64,000 bases of DNA from an uncultured virus (IMG/VR IMGVR_UViG_2061766007_000582) (Duplodnaviria; Heunggongvirae; Uroviricota; Caudoviricetes). The stretch lies in the IMG/VR virus record IMGVR_UViG_2061766007_000582; one strand, given 5' to 3'. This document shows positions 32,278-41,864 of the stretch, piece after piece. Under the pieces are notes generated by a model that worked only from the letters and a program-made list of their open reading frames with translations, ran no database searches and was not told where the DNA came from. The number at the start of each line of letters is the position of its first letter. Positions within the stretch are counted from its first letter, which is position 1. The position numbers and the translations under genes are program-made.

Positions 32278-33368
32278 TTATACACCTTTCCTTTCGACAA
32301 GAGCGTTAGCCTTATCATAGTTGTGTTCTTTGATGAACGTCTTGAACGAAGCAAATGCAGTTCTCGGCGTTTCGATGATGAGTTGGTCGAGGCACTCCGT
32401 ATGAATGAGTTTAACCCAACGAACAAGAGCGTCAATGAGTTCCAAATCTTCATACAGAGTATTGATGTTCGTTGTGCTTGCGAACATTCTGAACTCGATT
32501 GTGTACTGGCTCGAATNNNNNNNNNNNNNNNNNNNNNNNCGTCAATGTTGTTCGAGAAACTGCTGAATGAGCCGTAACTGTAATACTCGGCATAATCATT
32601 TCCTTCACGCCGAGCAAGTTGTTCAAAGCGTTCCCTGTTCTCATTCACAAACCAACCGACCATGTACCATTCGAGGCTGTCCATGAACTGTTTGGAGGCG
32701 TGGATATGAAGTCCGCACTTGTAATGAGCATGAAGACCCCATTCACGAAGAAGAGCGAGAATATTGTTCCATTTCTTGAAGTCAGTACGATACTCTTCAA
32801 GCGTATGCGGAGTGCTGATGAGTTCAAAACCATAGTCAGGAATCGAACCGTCATGCTCAAGATAGAACATATCCTCGCGGCTGTCGTAGTTTTCGTCATC
32901 TTCGTCAGTGGCATTACGGAGAGGCTTCAATGCTTCGACACAGGAAAGCATATCATCTTCGCCAGTGTCGCCTGTTTCCAACTCGAAGCCGAACCGAAGT
33001 TCACCATCATCGGGAACGGAATAGTCGTGGGAATGATACCCGCCGACCCCACCACGATGCCGTCTGATTTCATTGATGCACGAGTGACAGCACATCTGAC
33101 CACGGTATCGAGTGAGGTTATCCATAGTGAAGTCGTTGCCGCAGTGTTCGCATTGTGCGCCGATGCTTTCGTAGCACTGGTCGCATACGTGCCTATCACC
33201 ACGATTCATGGAATGGCGGTTGGTTGCCCTGTACCACTCATGACATTCATCGCACTGGAAGTAGAGGATTGAATGGCACTGTTCGCAGAAAGCACCATCG
33301 TCATTGACGTAAGATGCTTGCCGTCCACAAATGATGCAGACGTCGGGGTTTTCATTTTCTTCCGGCAT
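32278..33368 (-). CDS. amidoligase-2 (COOH-NH2 ligase) with N-terminal Cys-rich repeats; frame broken by N gap
   Basis: FGFELE, EHDGSI, GFELIS, CGLHIH, RIEFRMF after the gap; multiple CxxC at the N-terminus. Confidence 0.85.
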
Positions 33369-33524
33369 AAGACTTGCCCTTTCTCTGTTTGGTTTTGAAG
33401 ATGGACTTCATTTTGTTGTTGAACTCGATGCGCTTGAGTGCATTACGCTCTCGCACATACTCGGCTTTTGTCATTACGGACACACTTCGCCCATAATTGA
33501 CAACGACAAGTTCGGGACGTTCCA

Positions 33525-33926
33525 TTACACATACTCCTGTGGGTAGTGTTGTTTGTGATATGTCCTCCAATCCCCATTCGGAATAAGGATGAAAGAGCGT
33601 TGAATCTGTTCTCGCTTGAAGAAATAGACGAATCCATGAACATTGGCTCCGTCAAACGTCTTAGCGGTAATGAGTTTTCGCCCATAAAGACGCGGATAGC
33701 CTTCAAGTCTGTCAATGTCGGGAAGGGATGTGGGAGGCAGAATCATAAGTTCAGCCTTAATCTGCGTATGCCCTTCAAGAACCAATGCAGGGAAGTTCCA
33801 TCTTGTATCGAACAATGTGCCGAAGAAGGTAACAGGAACGATACCCATGCAATTACGGCAAAGGTAATGATTCCTCTGCCCCGACATAAGGGTTCCATAC
33901 GTGATAATCTGTACGGAATCAGGCAT
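33525..33926 (-). CDS. gamma-glutamylcyclotransferase (AIG2/YtfP-like)
   Basis: ITYGTLMSGQRNH, IDRLEGYPRLY, GDWR. Confidence 0.88.
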   Translation of the reverse strand: MPDSVQIITYGTLMSGQRNHYLCRNCMGIVPVTFFGTLFDTRWNFPALVLEGHTQIKAELMILPPTSLPDIDRLEGYPRLYGRKLITAKTFDGANVHGFVYFFKREQIQRSFILIPNGDWRTYHKQHYPQEYV

Positions 33927-35079
33927 AACGACACCTCTTCATGGCTTCTTCGAGCTGTTCATTGACGAGGCGATAGAGGTAACTTGCATTTTTATCCCCA
34001 TTCGTCTCTTCCATGCGCTTCTTATTCCAGTTGAACCAGTCATAAACTGCGCGGCGAGGCATCTCAACCATATGCAAATTACCGATGGGCATTGTGTCTT
34101 TTGCCCACTCATACAATCCCTGAACAATGGCAAGGTGTCTGAAGAAGTCATCCGCACAATCCACAGGGCAGAAAATGCGGAACTCACAAGTAACATGAGT
34201 TGACGTGCGGAAAGACAATGCCGCATAGTGCGTATCGTCCTGTCTTTCCCAGAAGCCCTCACGGTAATCATCGTCAGGGTCGCCATATTCAACCCAATCA
34301 TTTTCTTCACGACCAGCCAGTTCCTCGAACAATGACTGATTCTTGGAAATGAACCACTGCAACGCTCTCCACGTCAATGCCGGAAGAGCCGCCTTAGTGA
34401 TATGCACATGGAAACCACAGGAATAGTGCGGCTTCATATCGTGGTTGCTGAACGTATCATACAGATTCTCAACCATATTTTTGTGAGCAATCCACCAGTT
34501 CCATGTGTAAGGATTGGAAATGGTCTCGAATCCATAATCACGAATCGAGCCATCTTCCTCCATGACAAAGAAACGACCGAAGTCATTTTCAATCTCACCG
34601 GAACAGCGTCTCATATCTTCGGAACAGGCATCGCCCATCTCAAGTTCGACACCGAGATAAGGCATATCACCTTTTTCGAGTCTGGGGCAGTCATAATCGT
34701 GGGAATGATAACCACCAATGTCACCTGCCTGATGTTCCCCTGCCTGATGCTCTTCGTAGCAATCACGGCAAAAGTCCTCTTCACATTCTTCGCACCAGTA
34801 GATGTCATCACTGTGAAAAACATCACCGCAACGAGCGCAAGATGTGTAATGGTCATCGTAGCAACCACGGCACACATAGTCATAACCAACAACCTGCATC
34901 ATTTCAGCAGAGGCAACGACATCACCGCAATCAGGACAAACGCAGAAATCGTCATCTTTGTTGTCCTCATAGCAGTCTTCACAGAGATGGTAGGTTTTCC
35001 CATCAATTTCGACGATGTGGATTTCATCATCGTCGCAGTTGTCCAAAGAGCAACAGCAGTCATAATAGTCGCAACGCAT
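33919..35079 (-). CDS. amidoligase-2 (COOH-NH2 ligase) with N-terminal Cys-rich repeats
   Basis: YLGVELE, EEDGSI, GFETIS, CGFHVH, HYAAL, TCEFRIF; many CxxC. Confidence 0.88.
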   Translation of the reverse strand: MRCDYYDCCCSLDNCDDDEIHIVEIDGKTYHLCEDCYEDNKDDDFCVCPDCGDVVASAEMMQVVGYDYVCRGCYDDHYTSCARCGDVFHSDDIYWCEECEEDFCRDCYEEHQAGEHQAGDIGGYHSHDYDCPRLEKGDMPYLGVELEMGDACSEDMRRCSGEIENDFGRFFVMEEDGSIRDYGFETISNPYTWNWWIAHKNMVENLYDTFSNHDMKPHYSCGFHVHITKAALPALTWRALQWFISKNQSLFEELAGREENDWVEYGDPDDDYREGFWERQDDTHYAALSFRTSTHVTCEFRIFCPVDCADDFFRHLAIVQGLYEWAKDTMPIGNLHMVEMPRRAVYDWFNWNKKRMEETNGDKNASYLYRLVNEQLEEAMKRCRYA

Positions 35080-35298
35080 AATCGTTACTCCATTATTTAG
35101 TTTGTTTGTGATTTGAAATGAACTTATCGACAAAGGTTTATGCCGATAACGGTTTAGTTCCATATCCTCCTAAATATGGAAACGTTGGTTGATACTCTAA
35201 CTTAAATCATAAAGCACCGAATGAACCGATGCCTTATGATTTAGATTAGAATGTAGGCGGCAGTAATGAAACCACCGCCCATATCCAAGAACCGAATG

Positions 35299-36234
35299 TC
35301 AGAACTTATCATTGTCAACATAATGAAAGTTCAAGTTGATGTCGCCTTGATTATGCAACCACTCATATGCAGGGTGGAAGTCATACAGACTGGTCACATA
35401 AACGCGATTGTGAGCCACCTGAAATACATAATCGCACAAAGGAGCCTCAACATATGCATCAGCCCACTGGTCATTGAATAAATCACGTCCAACGACCTCT
35501 TCCATAACCAACGTGCCAGCCCATTTCAGNNNNNNNNNNNNNNNNNNNNNNNNNATGTAGTCCACAAGTTCTTTCAACGTCATTGTGAAACCTGCGCGAA
35601 TGACGATAAACTCGCGTTCCCCATATTTATCCGTAAGATTGAACTTATGGATGCCGAACTCCTGACCCTCTCCGTATGTAGCTGAGGTGGAGTGTACGTA
35701 AGACATTTTAATATCCACAATGTCGAACGTACCATCTACGTTGATTTCGATTTCGTGTTGCATTGTTATCTTCTCATGCGGTTAAATCCATGTTTCAAAG
35801 AGGTCATCGAAATTGAACATAATAGGAACCGTCAGCAAGTCATCTTTCTTGCCATAGTCCATAATACGCTTCAATTCGCTGTCCTCAACATTGAATTTAT
35901 TGTACGAAATGTGCTTGGCGACAGTGTATGCCCTTGACGTGAACCAGACATCCTTATGGTCAGTCGGTATCACCATTTTCTGCAACAGTTCCTTACAGAA
36001 AATGTCGTTGGGGATTGTACTGAATGTGCCTTTCTTTGCATGTTCGAGGAAAAACCATAGATGTTCACGGTATGGATTTGCGAACAGAGTTACCATTGTT
36101 ATCGGTCTTTCCCATATTTGGAATCTATGGACGTATCTTCTTTCCACATGGTCTTTTATCTTGACCGGGAATGAGGACGTGCCGTGATAGACCCCATAAC
36201 CATTTGCGGTCAGTTGGAAGTCGGTGTGTATCAT
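35299..36234 (-). CDS. two hypothetical early proteins (35299-35763, 35782-36234)
   Basis: Co-oriented ORFs of about 150 aa each. Confidence 0.55.
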
Positions 36235-36579
36235 TCGTTCTCCAATTCGCTTATGTGGTTCCAGAGCTTCATAATGTTGGTTTCGAGCGCCTGAGCCATT
36301 TCATTCTCACCTCTCTGATACAGGCAAGAAATGATAAACGAAAGCTCATTGTCAACCTGTTCGAGTTCGTCATCGTTGTGAATAAGGAGTCTCATTTGTT
36401 AGTTCCTTTCTTTTTATGAATGGAGTAGAGCGTATCGGCAATCCTTTCAGAAATGCCAAAGTTGCGAACATCTTCCTCAATCAGCATAACGAGGAAGATG
36501 AGCATGAATACCGATGGAACCCCAAAGGTAATCAGTTCTACAATGGTTTCCATGTCCATTTTTGTTTCCTTTCATTTGT

Positions 36580-37190
36580 TTGGGTTTATGGACTGATTAC
36601 TATGTTCCGAATTGAGCATAGTTGACAATTCATAACCACGTAGGGAATGCTGTGCAGGGCTTATCTACCGTAGTATGCTTATCTGCACAGCATGTTGTTC
36701 TGCATAGGAAGGACTATACAGCATTGGTTAATCTTATATGTGATATACCGTTTGAAGTATTGCAACATTTTTATTTTTGGATTGTTTGTTATGTTGTACG
36801 ATACTCACTTTATGGTATGTTTGAATTTTTGTCGCTATTGTCAATCATAGCGGAGAATTAGGACTTACTCATCGGGGTTTGTGCCGCAAGAATGGACTGC
36901 CTTTCTCAATGCCGCTGATATTGTTGCATATCATCCATTCTCTCCTACTTTGCATCGCGTATTAGTGTATCTTCTATGCCCACATGAAGTGTATTGTATT
37001 CTTGCATTTAGATATATTTCTCACTGACCGTATGCCATAAAGGTCTACGATTGCATTTCAGACTTATGCCTTATCGTCGATTCTATCCGACTTCATGGAG
37101 TTACGACTGACCCCTAATTTTAATGCTGGTCCGTAGACTTGCATAGAATTAGGTATTATTTGAGAATCTCATGGAATCCTCGTAACCCGA
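36580..37190. ncRNA. candidate structured non-coding RNA or leader (about 600 nt, multiple hairpins)
   Basis: No credible ORF; stems such as ATGCTGTGCAG/CTGCACAGCAT, ACTATGTTC/GAGCATAGT, AGAATGGA/TCCATTCT. Confidence 0.4.
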
Positions 37191-37391
37191 ATGTCAAAGA
37201 ACAGTTCTGCCAGACCACATAAGTCTACCTTCGCAAAACACTATAATATATCACTTCATNNNNNNNNNNNNNNNNNNNNNNTGGATTTTTTGAGGTTAAG
37301 TTATCATTGTTATTTAACGTAGATGGTAACGTAATCTTTAACGTTCTACCTTGATGTAATCGTTGTATAGCACATCATCTTCAAAAGTCAA
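37191..37391 (-). promoter_or_regulatory. tandem leftward promoters (37364-37391; -10 at 37245-37250) followed by a BoxA-like element (37191-37204)
   Basis: TTGACT-N16-TATACA; TGTTCTTTGACA vs BoxA consensus TGCTCTTTAACA. Confidence 0.6.
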
Positions 37392-37599
37392 GCCCTCATT
37401 TGGATTATTTTCAGAATGTTTTTACTCTATACTGGAATCTTATCTACATTTGCGATAAAACCAAGCATTATCCGTATCGGCAGTGCATTAGTTATCCGCT
37501 GCTGTATGTAGATTGGGTATATGTAAGTTATCTGGTTCTATCCAAAATGTTATCTAAAAGCAGACATTAATCATATGGTTGTCATTAACTCCATATCCC

Positions 37600-38760
37600 A
37601 ATTCTTATCCGTATCATTAAAGTTATCCAGTTAGTCCAGCCTAAGTTATCATTAAAGTTATCTGCGTTTTACATTTTTTGTAATATCGTATCAAAATGTC
37701 CAGCCTGTCTAATCGTTGTGTTTTACATTTTTTGTAATACTGAGGGTGGCTTGTTTTACATATTTTGTAATACTTGAGTGATGTGTTGTAAGGTGTAGTG
37801 GAGCTGTTTTACATTTTTTGTATAATACACCTATGTTATGATTTAATTAAGCGCACCTAAGTTATTGATGAAAACAGTGCGATTTTATGGTGACAGGGTA
37901 TATTAAAAAACAGGAAAAATTGAAGACCGCCGATGCCAAATGAGATGACCTGTCACGATATATGTACTTGATAATGAATAACTTACAACAAGAAATTTTT
38001 TACCTGTCATCATAAAAACACTATGTCATTTATGTGACAGCAATAAGTTAGTCCAGCCTAACTTTTAATCAATGAACAAAAAGATGCAATGACTTAGGCT
38101 CAACTAACTTTCAAAGTATGTTATTGCCTATGATTACCGACAAAGATGAAAATGTAAAATGATAGATAATGACGCATAAATGCCAGTGTACATAAATGCC
38201 GATGTTTATAAACTATTTACTATATTTAACTATTCACTGGTGCAAAGCATAACTTCAAAAGAAATGCTGACACCGATGAAGATAAATATGTAATGCGGTT
38301 TTTACATTTATGCCGATGTAATGCCGACGAATGACGATGAATCCATATAACGACAAAGATAACGATGACGATGCAAATACCGATGAATGCCTATGCCGAT
38401 GAATAGCTACATTACATTGGTTAGGAATGCCCAATTGTTTGTATGACCTGATATTTTGGTTCGCCTAATTATATATTTCGTCGAATAATATAGTTTGCTT
38501 AATTATATAATTTGGCAGATAATATATTTCGTCGAATAGTATAATTTACCGAACTAAATGATTTAATAAGGTTAATCAAATGGTTTATTAATGTAAACTA
38601 AATATTTCAGTTAGGTAAAATATATAATTAGGCGAACAAAACTATTTAGTAATGTAAACTAAATTATTTGCTTTACCTAACTAAAATGTTTACTTCGCTA
38701 TATTATATATTTAGGCTAATCAAATAATCTGGAATAATTTATAATTAATTTTCACGAATT
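37600..38760. repeat. AT-rich non-coding region with arrays of short palindromes (candidate origin or packaging/terminal region)
   Basis: Four copies of TTTTACA(T/A)TTTTGTA at 37667-37825; repeated TTAG-N6-CTAA-like palindromes; CCGATG microrepeats. Confidence 0.7.
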
Positions 38761-38774
38761 ATTTGGACATAAAA

Positions 38775-38808
38775 ATAATCCGCTAAACTTAATTATTTAG
38801 CGGATTAA
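38775..38808 (-). terminator. intrinsic terminator after the small hydrophobic ORF
   Basis: TAATCCGCTAAA-loop-TTTAGCGGATTA 12-bp stem with A/T tracts. Confidence 0.7.
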
Positions 38809-38813
38809 AAGTT

Positions 38814-38900
38814 TTAGTTATTAGCTATATAATAGAGTCCTAACAAAAAAAGCCCTATTGATACAGCGTAAAAGAGAATAGCAAGTAAAAACGTTTTCAA
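38814..38900 (-). CDS. 28-aa hydrophobic single-TM peptide (not in the ORF track)
   Basis: GAGG RBS, TTG start, MKTFLLAILFYAVSIGLFLLGLYYIANN, followed by a terminator. Confidence 0.55.
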   Translation of the reverse strand: MKTFLLAILFYAVSIGLFLLGLYYIANN

Positions 38901-38920
38901 AGTGTTTTCCTCTTGTTTAG

Positions 38921-39503
38921 TGTTTCTTTCCTGTATTGTGTAGCTTGTTAGGGTTAAGGGTTATTGTTTACGCTTGTTAGGGTTAAGGGTTATTGTTTAC
39001 GCTTGTTTTTTTGCGTATTCGCTAATATCTTTTTTCAGTTTTTCGCAGTTAAGTGTATAACCGAAGAAAGAAAGCCAATAAACGATGCGTTTAGTATATC
39101 CAAATTGCCCTGTTGTATTAGCTCCCAAATTGATAATATCTTTTTGTGTATAGGGTATTGCCAATAATACACAAGTGAAAATAGCAATTTGAATTAAATC
39201 GTTTAACTTAGGCTTTTCAGCGTCTTTTACTGCTTTTTCAGCAGTTTCAAGAGCTTTATTAGTTTCTTCAACCTTTTCAAGAGCTTTTTTATACTCTTTA
39301 AGGTTGTTTTTTTCCTCAGCGTCTTTTACTGCTTTTTCAGCAGTTTCAAGCGTTTTTTTGAGGTTTAAAACGATATTTTCAAGAGCTTTTACAGGGTTAA
39401 GACTTTTGAAAAAAGAAAAAACGATAGCAAGTGTTAAAGTAATTGTGTTTTCCATGTTGTGTAACTCCCAATATAACAAGCTACACAATACAGGAAAGAA
39501 ACA
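38921..39503. repeat. 30-bp perfect inverted repeats (38921-38950 and 39474-39503) flanking one ORF, with an internal 29-bp tandem duplication (38943-39000)
   Basis: TGTTTCTTTCCTGTATTGTGTAGCTTGTTA / TAACAAGCTACACAATACAGGAAAGAAACA; GCTTGTTAGGGTTAAGGGTTATTGTTTAC x2. Confidence 0.92.
38997..39455 (-). CDS. hypothetical coiled-coil protein with hydrophobic segments
   Basis: Start MENTITL with GGGAG RBS; internal repeat LETAEKAVKDAE x2. Confidence 0.65.
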   Translation of the reverse strand: MENTITLTLAIVFSFFKSLNPVKALENIVLNLKKTLETAEKAVKDAEEKNNLKEYKKALEKVEETNKALETAEKAVKDAEKPKLNDLIQIAIFTCVLLAIPYTQKDIINLGANTTGQFGYTKRIVYWLSFFGYTLNCEKLKKDISEYAKKQA

Positions 39504-39517
39504 AGTTAATATTAATA

Positions 39518-39585
39518 TTTTCAAAGAGCTTGTAATCTTTTTCGGACTACAGTATTTAATATAGCACAAAAACCGCACAATTCAA
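39518..39585 (-). promoter_or_regulatory. promoter TTGAAT-N16-TATATT followed by BoxA-like GCTCTTTGAAAA
   Basis: -35 at 39580-39585, -10 at 39558-39563, BoxA-like at 39518-39529. Confidence 0.65.
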
Positions 39586-40254
39586 GCGAAAAACACAAAA
39601 AATTAAAGAAAAAGTCGAAAAAACGTAAAAAATAAAGAAAAAATCAAAGAATATTAGTTCGGAATGCCTAAACAATCACCAAATTAGATATATTAAGGAG
39701 GGGGCGGAGGGCGAGAGTGCTTCATACATTCAATCCCCATTTTCAAAACCCATCAATAAAATTACATGCCCAATATTCAATACATCCCATAAAATTATTT
39801 GAAACAGTTTATAAATCAATACAAATAAACAACATACATATCAAAATGTCAAAAAACAAAACAAATTGACTTATGACAAAACGCTACTGAGAACTTTGCA
39901 ATAATGAGCGTAAAGTTTGCATTATCGTCTACACTTATTAATATTTATAGACACTTTGGCGCATAACTGGTACGAAAAATGTGCCAAATTACTGCAAAAC
40001 TGGTTGGAAAAATGTACCAAAGTGCCATTTAAGGGTAATATTTGCACTTTGGGTTGCACTTTGGAATACTTGCTTCAGATACATCAAATATGACGCAATT
40101 CTTTATAAAATACGCTCGAAAATGCTATATTTGATTGGTTGTGTGTTTGAAAGTAAGTCAACATGTCGAGTAAATTTCCAATGACAACAAAGACACTGGA
40201 CAAATGATAAAATCAAAAGTCCAGTGTCAATAATGCAAGAAAAGAGGTATGTGG

Positions 40255-40446
40255 TTATGAATGTTTTTGTTTCAGTTCATAAAGAAGAATGGTGTATGCA
40301 ATAATTTCTTCAATGTACTTATATAGCCAGCGTTTATCTTCATCGTCAAGTTCAAATGGAATACGATTTATGAGTAATTTCTTTTTGAGAAGATGGTTTT
40401 CATGTTTAAGTCGTGTGTTTTCTTGAATGTAATATTGTTCATTCAT
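40255..40446 (-). CDS. small hypothetical protein
   Basis: ORF overlapping the stop of the polymerase-like gene. Confidence 0.5.
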   Translation of the reverse strand: MNEQYYIQENTRLKHENHLLKKKLLINRIPFELDDEDKRWLYKYIEEIIAYTILLYELKQKHS

Positions 40447-41656
40447 AGCTAATCTCAATGTTATGGCGTGTAAGATTATGGTAGCAGTTTCTCATAAGGG
40501 TAATAACAGAGCTAACATCGGATTCACGGCAAATACAGGAATCGTGGACAGGAATGATTGGGATATTAATAGATTTGGCAAGTTCAAGGATAGAAAGCAT
40601 CAGTTCGGAATCGGCGTTTTGAAGTCTGAGACCAAAGTTATCGTCAGCAAAGAAATGTTCACGGATAGCAGAATGGCGGTTNNNNNNNNNNNNNNNNNCA
40701 AGGTAGTTATATTTGTGTTTGACGTAAGGATTTTCAAGGATGGCGTTAATGGCTTGATTTCGTGTTGTGCAGTTAAGAGAGATGAGGATGACCTTCTTGG
40801 CAAACTTACGGTCCGGTACGAAGTCATAAGCATCACCAACAAGTTCTTTTCCGTTAAGGTTATAGGCAAGATTGATATGGAGGCAGTGGAAATCAGGTTC
40901 GGCTGTTGCTTCTCCGTTGATTTCTATGGTCTTGCGTTCAGATTTTTTGAGGGTCTGATACGTAAAACCGTTGCCATCAGTACAGGTAGCATACAGTCTT
41001 CCACCGTGTTCCCAATCCTCAGTGTATACAGATTGAAGGTTGATGCGGAGGCGTTTCTTTTCGTTGTTCTTAATGCAGGTAACAAGGACAGAATCAGAGT
41101 AATAAGCGTTCAGGGATTCAATAGAGTGTTTTTTAGCTAAGATGTTGGTAGGAAGAGAGTTAAAATCAAGTTTAATGTCGTGTTTGTTCTTTTTAAGGCG
41201 TATGGTATTGGTGTGTTTGGTATTGAAAATGTGTTTATGAGCTTTGTTTTTGGTATTGAAAATGAAAGTTAAGGCTTCAGTGGCAAAATATCTGGAACGG
41301 TAATTGTTTACATTGGAAATCAGGTCTTTATGCCCCTTGATTTCTTTAAGATAGCCACGATTGACAAGGAAATCAAGGACTGCATTGAGCTTGCGGACCG
41401 AGATTTTCTGTTCCTTTAATGTGGTTGTCTTGTTATATGCCGCCCAAACGTGACAATCTCTGGACACGTAGAAGCCAGTCCCGCACATTGACGTATAAAG
41501 CGCGTTGCACAGAACCATTGTAAGGTACTTCTTGGCGTCAACAGTATTAATTTCCTTGGCAAACCCATCAATAAGGGGTTCGACTTCCGGGAAATTGAGT
41601 TCTGCGATAACGTCAATCGGTTTTGCTTGTCTGATTTGAGTTGTTTTCGTGTCCAT
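40439..41656 (-). CDS. small PolA/T7-RNAP-superfamily polymerase-like protein (TV-Pol-like, no exonuclease domain)
   Basis: GGRLY..YQ.L.K.ER, motif A-like EPDFHCLH, motif B-like RKFAKKVILISLN, LQNADS, motif C PVHDS; possible N-terminal winged helix (LDFLVNRGYL). Confidence 0.7.
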   Translation of the reverse strand: MDTKTTQIRQAKPIDVIAELNFPEVEPLIDGFAKEINTVDAKKYLTMVLCNALYTSMCGTGFYVSRDCHVWAAYNKTTTLKEQKISVRKLNAVLDFLVNRGYLKEIKGHKDLISNVNNYRSRYFATEALTFIFNTKNKAHKHIFNTKHTNTIRLKKNKHDIKLDFNSLPTNILAKKHSIESLNAYYSDSVLVTCIKNNEKKRLRINLQSVYTEDWEHGGRLYATCTDGNGFTYQTLKKSERKTIEINGEATAEPDFHCLHINLAYNLNGKELVGDAYDFVPDRKFAKKVILISLNCTTRNQAINAILENPYVKHKYNYLXXXXXXNRHSAIREHFFADDNFGLRLQNADSELMLSILELAKSINIPIIPVHDSCICRESDVSSVITLMRNCYHNLTRHNIEISYE

Positions 41657-41684
41657 AGGTTGCCTTTTTGTGTTTACGAGATAT

Positions 41685-41804
41685 AATATAGCACCGTTTC
41701 CGAAAAAGTCAAACGAAAAAGCAACATTTCTACAAACTTTTTTCGATTTTCTTTTTCTTGATTTGGTGTAGTATCTAATATAGCACAGAATCTCCAAAAG
41801 TCAA
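41685..41804 (-). promoter_or_regulatory. two tandem promoters TTGACT-N16-TATATT (41685-41712 and 41777-41804)
   Basis: Both carry GTGC-TATATT extended -10. Confidence 0.7.
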
Positions 41805-41864
41805 ATCTAAATCAAAGAAATAAATTAGAATATTTGATATATAATTGTCGAATCCTACATATAC

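Noticed and set aside
32241..32540. Apparent frameshift or pseudogene in the amidoligase (likewise in the ligase, terL, 48677-49536 and fibre genes)
   Set aside because: Each frame change falls at an N gap of estimated length, and conserved motifs continue after the gap.
37600..39007. Repeat arrays considered as a CRISPR array
   Set aside because: There is no constant 25-45 bp repeat with regular unique spacers and no cas gene.
38921..39503. IS element or retron reading of the 30-bp inverted repeats
   Set aside because: The enclosed ORF has no transposase or RT motifs and no target-site duplication is evident. It is kept only as an unexplained cassette.
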